The notes under the pieces were generated by a model. It had not been told where the DNA came from, searched no databases, and worked only from the letters and a program-made list of their open reading frames with translations. Shown here one piece after another: positions 54,578 through 63,002 of a stretch of DNA of 64,000 bases (position 1 is the first letter of the stretch; every line of letters begins with the position of its first letter). The translations under genes were made by a program, and so were the position numbers. Source of the DNA: an uncultured Verrucomicrobiae bacterium (lineage in GTDB: Bacteria; Verrucomicrobiota; Verrucomicrobiia; Chthoniobacterales; JAFAMB01); contig CAWIPH010000002.1 in assembly GCA_963837955.1 (NCBI GenBank), positions 10,966-74,965 of the forward strand, in the 5' to 3' direction.

Positions 54578-55513
54578 CTACCTCGATAATGAGGCCGCCC
54601 GGAAGCGCGGCAGTTCTCCCTGGCACCAGTGAAATGCTTTCAAGAACAATTGATAGTCGTGAAAGAAAAGGATTTTTCCCCAACCCACTTTTGACGCACT
54701 CGTCAGATTTGTTGCCATCCGAACGAACTCTTCCCCTTCGACCCGAAAGATGATGATATGCCAGTAATACTCTCGGTCGCGCATTTCGCCAATGACGTCG
54801 GATGAGTTAAAAGGCCGTTGGATCTTGCTATTGCGGTCTTCTCCCTGGAATTCGGCTTGAACGACGGCTGGACGAACTGAACCGAGTCCCCGCACGACCT
54901 CAAGCTCGAGTCCTTTGGCGTCAATCTTCAGAAAATCGATGCTCCCCGGGACCGTTCCGGACGCGGCCAGGGCTGCGAGGGTCGTTGCCGTCGAGGAGTT
55001 CGATTCGGGGGATCCAAGCGCTAAATTGAAGATTCTAACACGTGGTCGACCAGCCATTCGAGCGTTCAATCTTTCGAAGGTTTCGGGTACTGCTTCAAAG
55101 CAAAACACCTCATAGCCGATATCCAGAACTGCCTCTGCAAAGTCACCCGAGTTGGCGCCGACGTCGAAAAGCACACGGTTCGGAAGGAAGTTGTAAAGGA
55201 ATCCAGCCAAATCAGATTCTGGCTCACTTTGCGAGAACATATCGGTCCACAACCATGGTTCGGCCCGACCAGCAGACCAAGCCATAACCGATTTGAGGCG
55301 GTTCACATGTTCAGAAAGTCGCCGAATTTGGTCCTTGGTTCTAATGCCCGTCTGTTCAGTTCTACCAAGGCCCGATTCCAGCCGCCCCAAATGGTTTTCC
55401 AGCCGTCCCAAATGGCTGATTGTAACTTCCAGTTTGTGGCGGACGTCATCTATCCCCAAACCGCTTTGGGCTCTTCGGGAAATTGAGTCTCTAATTTTGT
55501 TTACGATCGACAT
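54578..55513 (-). CDS. Coiled-coil + FkbM-type methyltransferase (intact paralog)
   Basis: A GGAGG motif lies 9 nt upstream of the ATG at 55513. The N-terminal heptad region is HLGRLENHLGRLESGLGRTEQ...IRRLSEHVNRLKS. The FkbM blocks are LFDVGANSGDFAEAVLDIGYEVFCFEAVPETFERL...FLKIDAKGLELEVVRGLG. Confidence 0.7.
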   Translation of the reverse strand: MSIVNKIRDSISRRAQSGLGIDDVRHKLEVTISHLGRLENHLGRLESGLGRTEQTGIRTKDQIRRLSEHVNRLKSVMAWSAGRAEPWLWTDMFSQSEPESDLAGFLYNFLPNRVLFDVGANSGDFAEAVLDIGYEVFCFEAVPETFERLNARMAGRPRVRIFNLALGSPESNSSTATTLAALAASGTVPGSIDFLKIDAKGLELEVVRGLGSVRPAVVQAEFQGEDRNSKIQRPFNSSDVIGEMRDREYYWHIIIFRVEGEEFVRMATNLTSASKVGWGKILFFHDYQLFLKAFHWCQGELPRFRAASLSR

Positions 55514-55636
55514 GAAAGGTTCACCTCCTAAACCCGTAACAGCCTCATTAGAAGCTGATCCGGCCCAGTATGTCAAAATCCTGCCTCCTCGGCGGCTGAA
55601 GCTCTGGCCTGTTTCATGCTAGGGAGGTAGGGAACC

Positions 55637-56527
55637 ATGGATGTGGCACATTTCCCCCTCTTCCTTCACTGTCATATCCCAAAGACGGCCGGTGTAAGTG
55701 TAGGCCAGCTTCTTGATTCCACTTTTCATCCTTATCACTTCAATCATTACCATTCTGATCCCCTCTATGTTTTGACTCCTCCAAGGCTCGAGACACTTCT
55801 CAAGATCACACCAACGCTAAGGTCAATCTCTTCGCATAGCCTGCGCACCTTTCCGCGTCAGGTCTGCGGTCGGAAAACCTGTTATATCACTTTTCTTCGT
55901 GATCCTACGGCTGCGTTTGTCTCGCTGCTGAAATATTGCCGTGCTGAATACCGAGCAGGACACCTTTCGGCGGAAGCGCGATGGATGTGGCCGGATGACA
56001 CTCCAACCCGAAGTCTGCGCGATCTTGCTGAATGGTTTCTCGACCAGATCGGAGCTGAGAATTCCTATTCGCCGCAAACGCGTTTTTTCTGTTCTCCGGA
56101 ATCAATGCGAAAAGCTGGTTTCACGGTGGAACATCAGTATGGCGAAGATTGCTTCGAAGTGGCCTCTATGATCTTAGAAAGATTTTTGTTTGTCGGGGTT
56201 ACCGAGCAGATAGAGAAAAGCGTCAAGCTGCTGATCGGCAAGCTAAAGAAACTCGGCATCCAGGTACAGGAACCCGCGTTACCCCACTCGAATCGATCCA
56301 GTTCGAGCGAGGATCTTTCCTGGCTGACGATGAGGGACAAGGTCGGAAAACGTGTGCTAACCTGCAACGAGGTTGACCAGCAGCTTTACGATCGATTCCG
56401 GCTCGCTCTGGAACGCGAATATGCTCGGTTTCAGGAATCGGCTGAAATTTTGGATATTTCCGAGGCTGAACAAACTGCCGGGCCGATCTGTGAATGGGCT
56501 GCGTCTAGGTTTCTGGAGAAGGTTTAA
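55637..56527 (+). CDS. Sulfotransferase family-2-like protein (intact paralog of 37543..38387)
   Basis: HCHIPKTAGVSVGQLL resembles the 5'-PSB loop. YITFLRDPTAAFVSLL resembles the 3'-PB motif. An RBS GGGAGG precedes the ATG. Confidence 0.65.
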   Translation: MDVAHFPLFLHCHIPKTAGVSVGQLLDSTFHPYHFNHYHSDPLYVLTPPRLETLLKITPTLRSISSHSLRTFPRQVCGRKTCYITFLRDPTAAFVSLLKYCRAEYRAGHLSAEARWMWPDDTPTRSLRDLAEWFLDQIGAENSYSPQTRFFCSPESMRKAGFTVEHQYGEDCFEVASMILERFLFVGVTEQIEKSVKLLIGKLKKLGIQVQEPALPHSNRSSSSEDLSWLTMRDKVGKRVLTCNEVDQQLYDRFRLALEREYARFQESAEILDISEAEQTAGPICEWAASRFLEKV

Positions 56528-56581
56528 AGCACACAGAGAGCGAATTTTTGATCCGGCAGATGCACAATTCGGGACAAACCT

Positions 56582-57982
56582 TTACCAGAGACCGGCGGTG
56601 AGCAGGGCCTCTCGGGCAAACACCGCGTCCTGTTGAATGAGTCGACCGGTTGGAGAGTGTCGCCAACAACCGGCATTGTCGAAATACTCAAACCCGAGGT
56701 CGCGAAGCTTTGCCATCATTTCGAAAAATGTCTTTGCCGTCGGCGCATATCGGCCCATCGAGAGTTCAAGGCAAATAACATCGACTTGCTGCAAGAATCG
56801 AGTGGCGCCATCCAGGACGAGATGCTCCCCGAACTGTACATCGATTTTCAGCAGCCCTTTCCCCGAAATCGATTGTTGAGAACTGATTTCGTCCAGCGTG
56901 CGGACCGGAACCAGAACACGCTCCCACTGACGGTCGGGGGAGTGCTCGGCACCATCCAGAAAGCTACTTGAATAAAGATCTGGAGAGACATTCAATTCTG
57001 TCTCTGAGTTTTTGTCACCCGCGGCACTTGCGATAGCGACATATTCCGGGTGCAGCGTGTATATAGAGTTATCCAGTTGCCGGTATTTCTCGAGCAACGG
57101 CTCGATCAAATAGAACCGGCTATTTGGGAAAACTCGGCTAGCGATGAGAGACCAGTAGCCGGTTGAGGCTCCGACATCGACGATAAATTCTGGCCGATAT
57201 CCCGCCGCTCTTAGCCGATAGAGAAAATGGAAACATGGGTGCATGCTCCAGTGGATGCTTCTTGGTGCCGATGGATCTACGTAGGGGGCCGTACGATCTG
57301 CAGTTTCTCGACTCGCACGCTTCTCGGGCTCATCGCTAGCCGGAAAACCGTCCTCCAAGGAATCCAGGATGAGGCGCAGGATTTCGTTACTTTGCCGCGA
57401 GCCCTTTTCGCCGGGGGTTTTCTCGGCGAGTGAGAATTCCGGCAAGAGCCAGACAGGTTTACCCACGCTGGTTTGCACATAGGAGCGAGTCGACGCCGAC
57501 ACAGCGAAGGTGATTCTGGCCTTCCCGAGAGCCTCTGCCAAAAGGCCGCCGGCCCGGTTATCCTTTTGAAAGCAGTTGTCCTGGGCCAAGACGAGAGCCA
57601 TCGGCGATCCCGTAATATCGGCGGTCGCAGTTGCCGCGAAAAGACCTTCGGCATCCTTGGCTACAGCCACTACCCGATCGATTCGATATCTATTCAGAAT
57701 CTCAGCAATCCGGAAATAGGCCAAGGACCGCCCTTTGGTATTTCCCTCAATTAATGGAATGTCCGGAATGGGTAACTCTGTTTCGGCCTCTTTGGCGTCG
57801 ACGAAGAGGGCGACCAAGTTGTTTCCGGTAAATAATCGCGAGCTATCGAGGTGAGCGAATGACTGACTATGCGGATCGGATGGGACCACCAGAAAACAAG
57901 CCGCGGACGATCGAGGTTCGTCGGCCCTTATTTTGGATTTCCCTGCGGTGCCGAAAAATTTATGAAAATCGAGCGATGCCAT
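56582..57982 (-). CDS. Two-domain protein: unknown ~230-aa N-terminal domain fused to a FkbM-type methyltransferase
   Basis: The C-terminal half reads FIVDVGASTGYWSLIASRVFPNSRFYLIEPLLEKYRQL...LLKIDVQFGEHLVLDGATRFL...VICLEL, which is FkbM-like. The N-terminal half reads ...VALFVDAKEAETELP...RVVAVAKDAEGLFAATATADITGSPMALVLAQD... and has no recognised family. Confidence 0.7.
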   Translation of the reverse strand: MASLDFHKFFGTAGKSKIRADEPRSSAACFLVVPSDPHSQSFAHLDSSRLFTGNNLVALFVDAKEAETELPIPDIPLIEGNTKGRSLAYFRIAEILNRYRIDRVVAVAKDAEGLFAATATADITGSPMALVLAQDNCFQKDNRAGGLLAEALGKARITFAVSASTRSYVQTSVGKPVWLLPEFSLAEKTPGEKGSRQSNEILRLILDSLEDGFPASDEPEKRASRETADRTAPYVDPSAPRSIHWSMHPCFHFLYRLRAAGYRPEFIVDVGASTGYWSLIASRVFPNSRFYLIEPLLEKYRQLDNSIYTLHPEYVAIASAAGDKNSETELNVSPDLYSSSFLDGAEHSPDRQWERVLVPVRTLDEISSQQSISGKGLLKIDVQFGEHLVLDGATRFLQQVDVICLELSMGRYAPTAKTFFEMMAKLRDLGFEYFDNAGCWRHSPTGRLIQQDAVFAREALLTAGLW

Positions 57983-58022
57983 CGAATAAAATTCTATCTA
58001 ATGCCTGTTTGAGAGCCGGACC

Positions 58023-58781
58023 TCAATGACGCCCCACAATAAAATACCGTGGATCTTGGAACAACGGGAGATCGCTCCGCGCGAAAAGAAGGTCGAATTG
58101 CCAGAAGGCGCTGTCTACTTCGCGATAGAGGATGTCAAAAACGTCCAGGGGACGAAAGCCTAAGTCGAGCATATAGCGGCAAAGGTCCCAGAATGGAACG
58201 GCTGGTCCGCCGAAGGTGAAATTGTAAGCCTCAATTACGATTATGTTCGTTTGTTTCAAGGTCTTGCTAGCGCCACTTAGGATGGGAATCTCGACTCCGT
58301 GGGTGTCCAGTTTGATCATGAACGGCCCGGGGAGCGATTGACTTTCTACCAGGCTGTCGATTGTGTTGACCGGACAAGGCTGGTAGTTCTGATTCAACGG
58401 ACTTTCAGCCAGATGGCCGACCAGTGGATCCGAGGCATCGAAATAAAGTTGGCCCGCCTTGGCTCCTACGGCGGTAACGGCAAAATGCCAGTTAGGGTTC
58501 TTCCGGCAGACCTCGGTGAGTTTCGGGAGATGAATTTGGTTTGCGTCTACCAGCAGATGCTCTCTACCGGGAAAATATCTGGCAAAAGCTTTAGACCAGA
58601 TGCCGTCAGAGGCGCCGATGTCGATCAACGATGCGATTTCGATCTGGTGACCCTGCAAACGACGGAGCGCGTCATCCCGAGTAGGTTCAGCACCTCCCAG
58701 CCGGTGAGCGCGCACCTGGATGCCAAATAATCGGCCGCAGATCGAGTTGATGATCGAAAACGCAAAGGCTACCAGGTTCAT
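58023..58781 (-). CDS. FkbM-family methyltransferase
   Basis: LIDIGASDGIWSKAFARYFPGREHLLVDANQIHLPKL...MIKLDTHGVEIPILSGASKTL...IIVIEAY matches the FkbM pattern. Confidence 0.75.
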   Translation of the reverse strand: MNLVAFAFSIINSICGRLFGIQVRAHRLGGAEPTRDDALRRLQGHQIEIASLIDIGASDGIWSKAFARYFPGREHLLVDANQIHLPKLTEVCRKNPNWHFAVTAVGAKAGQLYFDASDPLVGHLAESPLNQNYQPCPVNTIDSLVESQSLPGPFMIKLDTHGVEIPILSGASKTLKQTNIIVIEAYNFTFGGPAVPFWDLCRYMLDLGFRPLDVFDILYREVDSAFWQFDLLFARSDLPLFQDPRYFIVGRH

Positions 58782-58814
58782 CTTCCGGGGCGATCGATGC
58801 CCTAACAGCCTCCG

Positions 58815-60005
58815 TCAACTGAAAATGCGTTCGAATCGCTCATCGATCGGGTGACCGCATTCCAATGAACGCCAGATGAAGTCGGCCAACCCGTGCGAAG
58901 AAAACGCTGCGCTGAGTTGGTTGGCATGAATGCGGATCTCATTGAAACGGGACGGGCTGGTAACCTGGTGAACCGCCCTTTGGAGTGCGCCCGAATCGTA
59001 GGGACATGATGTCCCAAGATCAAGTTTGCGAACGAATTTGGCGGCCGCCGTTTCTTCGTGGCCAAGCACGATAATAGGAATATTGGCGGTGGCCATCAGG
59101 TAAATGATCCGGGACGGCAAGCTGGACTTGGCCAGCCAGTTGTGGCTGCTGCCTTTTTCTAACGTCCCGCTCGGAACGATCGCAAAATCGGCGTTGCGCA
59201 GCTCTTCCACCAGCTCCGGGTCGGGCAGCATCGAGCGAAGGTAGATACCTTCGGACTCCAGTTCCGGAGGATCGAGGACAATAAATGGTTTCCCCGCGTT
59301 GCCGAACCAGTCGACCGATAGACCGGAAGCCCGGACAGTTGCTCGAAAACTGTTTAGCATGTCCAGGCTCCAGACGTTTCCAATCAAAGCTCCTCTAGGT
59401 GATTGGCGCTTATATCGAGCCAACCCGCTCGGGGCGAACAATGCAGGATTGGCCACCGGGGGTATAATCCAAAATTTAGTCTTAAACTTCTCACCGTAAG
59501 CGCGACAGAGAGGCTCCGAAATCGCGAAGCGAATATTGGCTTGGGCGACCAAGGCTGACATCAAGTCATCAGATATTTCCTGTACGTGAATGTTTTGATC
59601 ATCCATTACGTAGAGGGCGATCGGCGCGTCAAAAATCTGGGCTGCCGCTAAAGTGGAGAGGACATCGTCGGGGTAGAAGGGCACCGAAAGAATTCTTCTT
59701 ATCCCGGCCCCGCTCAGCTGGGCTCGGATTTCCTTCCGAGCGCTTTCCAAAGAGCCGCCCGGATGCTCTACGTGAAGAGAGTGATCACCGATCTCATTCC
59801 GCTCGAAAAACTTCCGAGAATGGCAAATCAGGAGTTGTTCTTCTTCTTGAAAGATGTTCTTTAGCAGCGCTCCGGTACCGTGACGAAGAGAGACTTCCGC
59901 GTGAGTTACTAACAGAGATGCCCGATCGAAATCGGCCAGATCGCGTTGAGCGGCGGCTTTTGCTGGGGCGCCTTTCCAGAATTTTCTAATAACCTTCAAC
60001 ATCAA
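58815..60005 (-). CDS. Uncharacterised protein, paralog C of the triplicated family (intact)
   Basis: It carries EVSLRHGTGALLK, VMDDQNI, SSLPSRIIYLMATANIPIIVLGHEETAAAKFVRKL and ADFIWRSLECGHPIDERFERIFS. It is 396 aa and is the first gene of a minus-strand operon with two FkbM genes. Confidence 0.65.
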   Translation of the reverse strand: MMLKVIRKFWKGAPAKAAAQRDLADFDRASLLVTHAEVSLRHGTGALLKNIFQEEEQLLICHSRKFFERNEIGDHSLHVEHPGGSLESARKEIRAQLSGAGIRRILSVPFYPDDVLSTLAAAQIFDAPIALYVMDDQNIHVQEISDDLMSALVAQANIRFAISEPLCRAYGEKFKTKFWIIPPVANPALFAPSGLARYKRQSPRGALIGNVWSLDMLNSFRATVRASGLSVDWFGNAGKPFIVLDPPELESEGIYLRSMLPDPELVEELRNADFAIVPSGTLEKGSSHNWLAKSSLPSRIIYLMATANIPIIVLGHEETAAAKFVRKLDLGTSCPYDSGALQRAVHQVTSPSRFNEIRIHANQLSAAFSSHGLADFIWRSLECGHPIDERFERIFS

Positions 60006-60095
60006 CTCGCCTGGTAGTATTTGCGATTTACTGGCTGTTCAGCCTTACTTAGAGCAGACTTCCGACAAATCCTTCAGCAAAATCCACAGACTTCT

Positions 60096-61322
60096 ATGGG
60101 ATTGGACGTTCCAGTTCTGTTTCTCATTTTTAACCGTCCCGAATTGACGCACCAAGTCTTTCAAACGATTCGCGCCTCTCGGCCTGCCCGACTCTATATC
60201 GCCGCCGACGGGCCCCGAGCGGAGAAAGCCGGAGAGTGGAAGCTTTGCGCTGAAACCCGGGAGGTTGCAAAGAAAATAGATTGGTCCTGTGAGCTCAAAA
60301 CTCTGTTTCGAGACGACAATCTCGGGTGCGGACAAGCCGTCAGCGAAGCGATCGGTTGGTTTTTCGATCATGAGGAAAAAGGGATCATTTTGGAAGATGA
60401 CTGTCTGCCGGACGCGAGCTTTTATCCATTTTGTGGCGAAATGTTGGATCGATTTCAGGATGAGGATCGGGTTGGGTCGATTTCCGGGAACAACTTTTTG
60501 CCTCCTTCCTTGCATGCTTCTCAGCCTTATCTCTTCTCCAAGTACGTTCAAATCTGGGGTTGGGCGACCTGGAGGAGGTTTTGGAAGTTCTATGACTTTG
60601 ATCTGAAGGGCGAAGAAGAAGAATGGGAAAAGATCATTCGCCGGGTAAATCCCGTTGATAAGCACGCCCGTTATTGGCTCGAAATTTTTCGTGCGCTGCG
60701 ATCAGGGCTCATTGATACCTGGGATTACCAGGTGATGTTTTCCGCTTGGAAGGCCGACTTGGTTCACATTTATCCGAGTCGAAATCTCATGTCGAATCTT
60801 GGTTATGGCGACCATGCGACTCACACCAACTTCGAGAGCCCAGTCGCTCAGCTCGCGACCGGATCGATCGAGAATTTTCAGGTCACCCTTCCGGTGGTGA
60901 TTGATCCGATGCTCGATGACGCGACCTTCTATTTTCGGTTTCTTGAATCGCTGACCAACGTCTGGTGGTTGGAGCAGGCCTTGGACCTCACTGAGAAATT
61001 GGCTTGGAGCCGTTGGCAAATTAACCAAGCTCAAAAGGAAGTCACCCAGCTCAAGGAGGTCTGTGACGACCAGGCTCGACAGGTCGCGAAAATTGCGGCG
61101 ACCAGGTCCAGAGCAATCTACCGAACCAACCTGGTATTGTTGTTGTCGCACTGGGTCTATACAATGCGCGAAGCGTTAACGTTGGCTCGTACCCGATTCA
61201 ACCGAATGATTGGAAGACGGCGTCTGAGTGACCGAGGAACTTCTGGAACGGACACAGAGGAAAAGAAACAGCTCGTTTCGCCGGAAATCGAGCGAGCCGG
61301 CCGCGTTCATCCCGACCGATGA
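60096..61322 (+). CDS. GT-A-type nucleotide-diphospho-sugar transferase-like protein with a coiled-coil C-terminus
   Basis: VPVLFLIFNRPELTHQVFQTIRASRPARLYIAADGPR...GCGQAVSEAIGWFFDHEEKGIILEDDCLPDASFYPF includes a DxD-like EDD. The C-terminus is WQINQAQKEVTQLKEVCDDQARQVAKI. The start is set at the ATG at 60096. Confidence 0.6.
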   Translation: MGLDVPVLFLIFNRPELTHQVFQTIRASRPARLYIAADGPRAEKAGEWKLCAETREVAKKIDWSCELKTLFRDDNLGCGQAVSEAIGWFFDHEEKGIILEDDCLPDASFYPFCGEMLDRFQDEDRVGSISGNNFLPPSLHASQPYLFSKYVQIWGWATWRRFWKFYDFDLKGEEEEWEKIIRRVNPVDKHARYWLEIFRALRSGLIDTWDYQVMFSAWKADLVHIYPSRNLMSNLGYGDHATHTNFESPVAQLATGSIENFQVTLPVVIDPMLDDATFYFRFLESLTNVWWLEQALDLTEKLAWSRWQINQAQKEVTQLKEVCDDQARQVAKIAATRSRAIYRTNLVLLLSHWVYTMREALTLARTRFNRMIGRRRLSDRGTSGTDTEEKKQLVSPEIERAGRVHPDR

Positions 61323-61358
61323 CCTCTTTGGGAAGTTGCGAAGCTACGATCTAGTCTG

Positions 61359-62201
61359 ATGAAGACCAAGCATAAGATCGCAACGGCCAAGATCGCTTAC
61401 CGGGTCTTGCGCGGGTGTCGACGGGTGGTTGGTGCTGGTGACGAAGTAACGGTAACCCGCGGAAGGGTACGTTACCGTTTGGATCTCTCCCAGGGCATCG
61501 ATTTCGCCATCTTTCTTGGTCAATACGAACCTCAAACGATTGCTGCATGCCGGCGCCACATCCTACCGGGCCAAAATGTTTTGGATATCGGTGCTAACAT
61601 CGGAGCGCACACGTTGAATTTTGCTCGTCTGGTTGGTCGAGCTGGACACGTATATGCTTTTGAGCCGACAGATTTCGCTTTTTCCAAGCTGATTCGTAAT
61701 CTGAACCTCAATCCAGACTTAGTGTCGCGCGTCAGTGCCTTTCAATGTTTCCTGGGAGCCAAAGATGGAGTACCGACCAGCTCGCCGGTCTATTCAAGTT
61801 GGCCGTTGGTTGGAGGAACGGAACTCCACCAAAAACATTTAGGGCAACCGATGTCGATCAGCAAGAGTCGCCAGCGGACAATGGATAACATTCTGGCGGA
61901 GCATGGCCGGCCTAAGATTCACTTTGTGAAGCTCGATGTGGATGGATTCGAATGTGAGGTTCTCGCGGGCGCGCAAGAGATGATATCCCGCAATCCTCCA
62001 GTGTTTGTCATGGAGCTCGCTCCCTACGTTTTAGAAGAGCGGGGCGCATCGCTCGGAGAGCTGGTGGAATACTTTGTAAAGTTCGGATATAAATTTTTCC
62101 GTGAGCACGACGATGCCCCATTACCGCGAGAGGTTAAGCAACTCGCGGCACTCGTTGGCGATGGAGAGGGAATGAACGTAATTGCTCGGCCGGAATCGTG
62201 A
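61359..62201 (+). CDS. FkbM-family methyltransferase
   Basis: VLDIGANIGAHTLNFARLVGRAGHVYAFEPTDFAFSKLIRNL...HFVKLDVDGFECEVLAGAQEMI...VFVMELAPY matches the FkbM pattern. Confidence 0.8.
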   Translation: MKTKHKIATAKIAYRVLRGCRRVVGAGDEVTVTRGRVRYRLDLSQGIDFAIFLGQYEPQTIAACRRHILPGQNVLDIGANIGAHTLNFARLVGRAGHVYAFEPTDFAFSKLIRNLNLNPDLVSRVSAFQCFLGAKDGVPTSSPVYSSWPLVGGTELHQKHLGQPMSISKSRQRTMDNILAEHGRPKIHFVKLDVDGFECEVLAGAQEMISRNPPVFVMELAPYVLEERGASLGELVEYFVKFGYKFFREHDDAPLPREVKQLAALVGDGEGMNVIARPES

Positions 62202-62303
62202 GCAATAACCGCCGGGTCTATGGGAACGGCTCAAACCGGGAATTAAAAGAGCGTACTGACTGCTGAGGTTGCCGAATTGGGCACCGTATTGTCGCTGAAG
62301 CTG

Positions 62304-62993
62304 CTAAATTCCAAACGGGTTGTAAGGTAGCGGCGGCGGTGCGGGTGTACGAACCCCGTAAAGCGACTGCGCTCCGGTGACATCGTCATTGGTGAGGTCA
62401 TCGGTATTGCTGACCGATGAGTTCATGATCGCGTTGACTGCTTGACCGGCGATATCGGGGTGATCGAGACCAAGCAGGTGACCGGTCTCGTGTAGCATCA
62501 CTCGCCGGATATCCATGGCTCGGAAATAAAGAGCTCCGCGATACGAGTTCCAACGGACCGTTTGGTTAAAGACGATATCTGCCTCGGTAAATACCTGAGC
62601 CGGGGTCGAGCCGGTATTAATATAATAATAAATGGTTATTCCCAGCGTATCGGCGTCCAGTTTGCTGCCGGCTGCGCTCGAGCCGAAGAAGATTTTGTTG
62701 AACCCGTTTCCGAAAGTGCCGCCGGCAGGATTGTTTCCTTGGTAAGGATAAAGCGACACCCAAAGAATGTATTGGTTCCAGTCCTCAATCGCGTGGTAAT
62801 AGACCTGCTGGTAGGTGTAGGAACCGTCAGTCAACGGAAATCCGCGCGGATTCGTTAGCCGATAAGTCGTCGCGTTCAGGTTCATAATGATCCCAAGGTA
62901 ACCGGCCGGCCAAACCGGACCCTCCAGAACATACGCTTCTGCGGAACCCGCGATAACACCGAGGAACGCTGCAAACAGTAAAAATCTTTTCAT
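62304..62993 (-). CDS. Secreted metzincin-type zinc metalloprotease (M10/matrixin-like catalytic domain)
   Basis: It has the signal peptide MKRFLLFAAFLGVIAGSAEA and the extended zinc motif HETGHLLGLDH (HExxHxxGxxH). A candidate Met-turn (NAIMNS) follows. Confidence 0.8.
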   Translation of the reverse strand: MKRFLLFAAFLGVIAGSAEAYVLEGPVWPAGYLGIIMNLNATTYRLTNPRGFPLTDGSYTYQQVYYHAIEDWNQYILWVSLYPYQGNNPAGGTFGNGFNKIFFGSSAAGSKLDADTLGITIYYYINTGSTPAQVFTEADIVFNQTVRWNSYRGALYFRAMDIRRVMLHETGHLLGLDHPDIAGQAVNAIMNSSVSNTDDLTNDDVTGAQSLYGVRTPAPPPLPYNPFGI

Positions 62994-63002
62994 GAACGAG
63001 AT

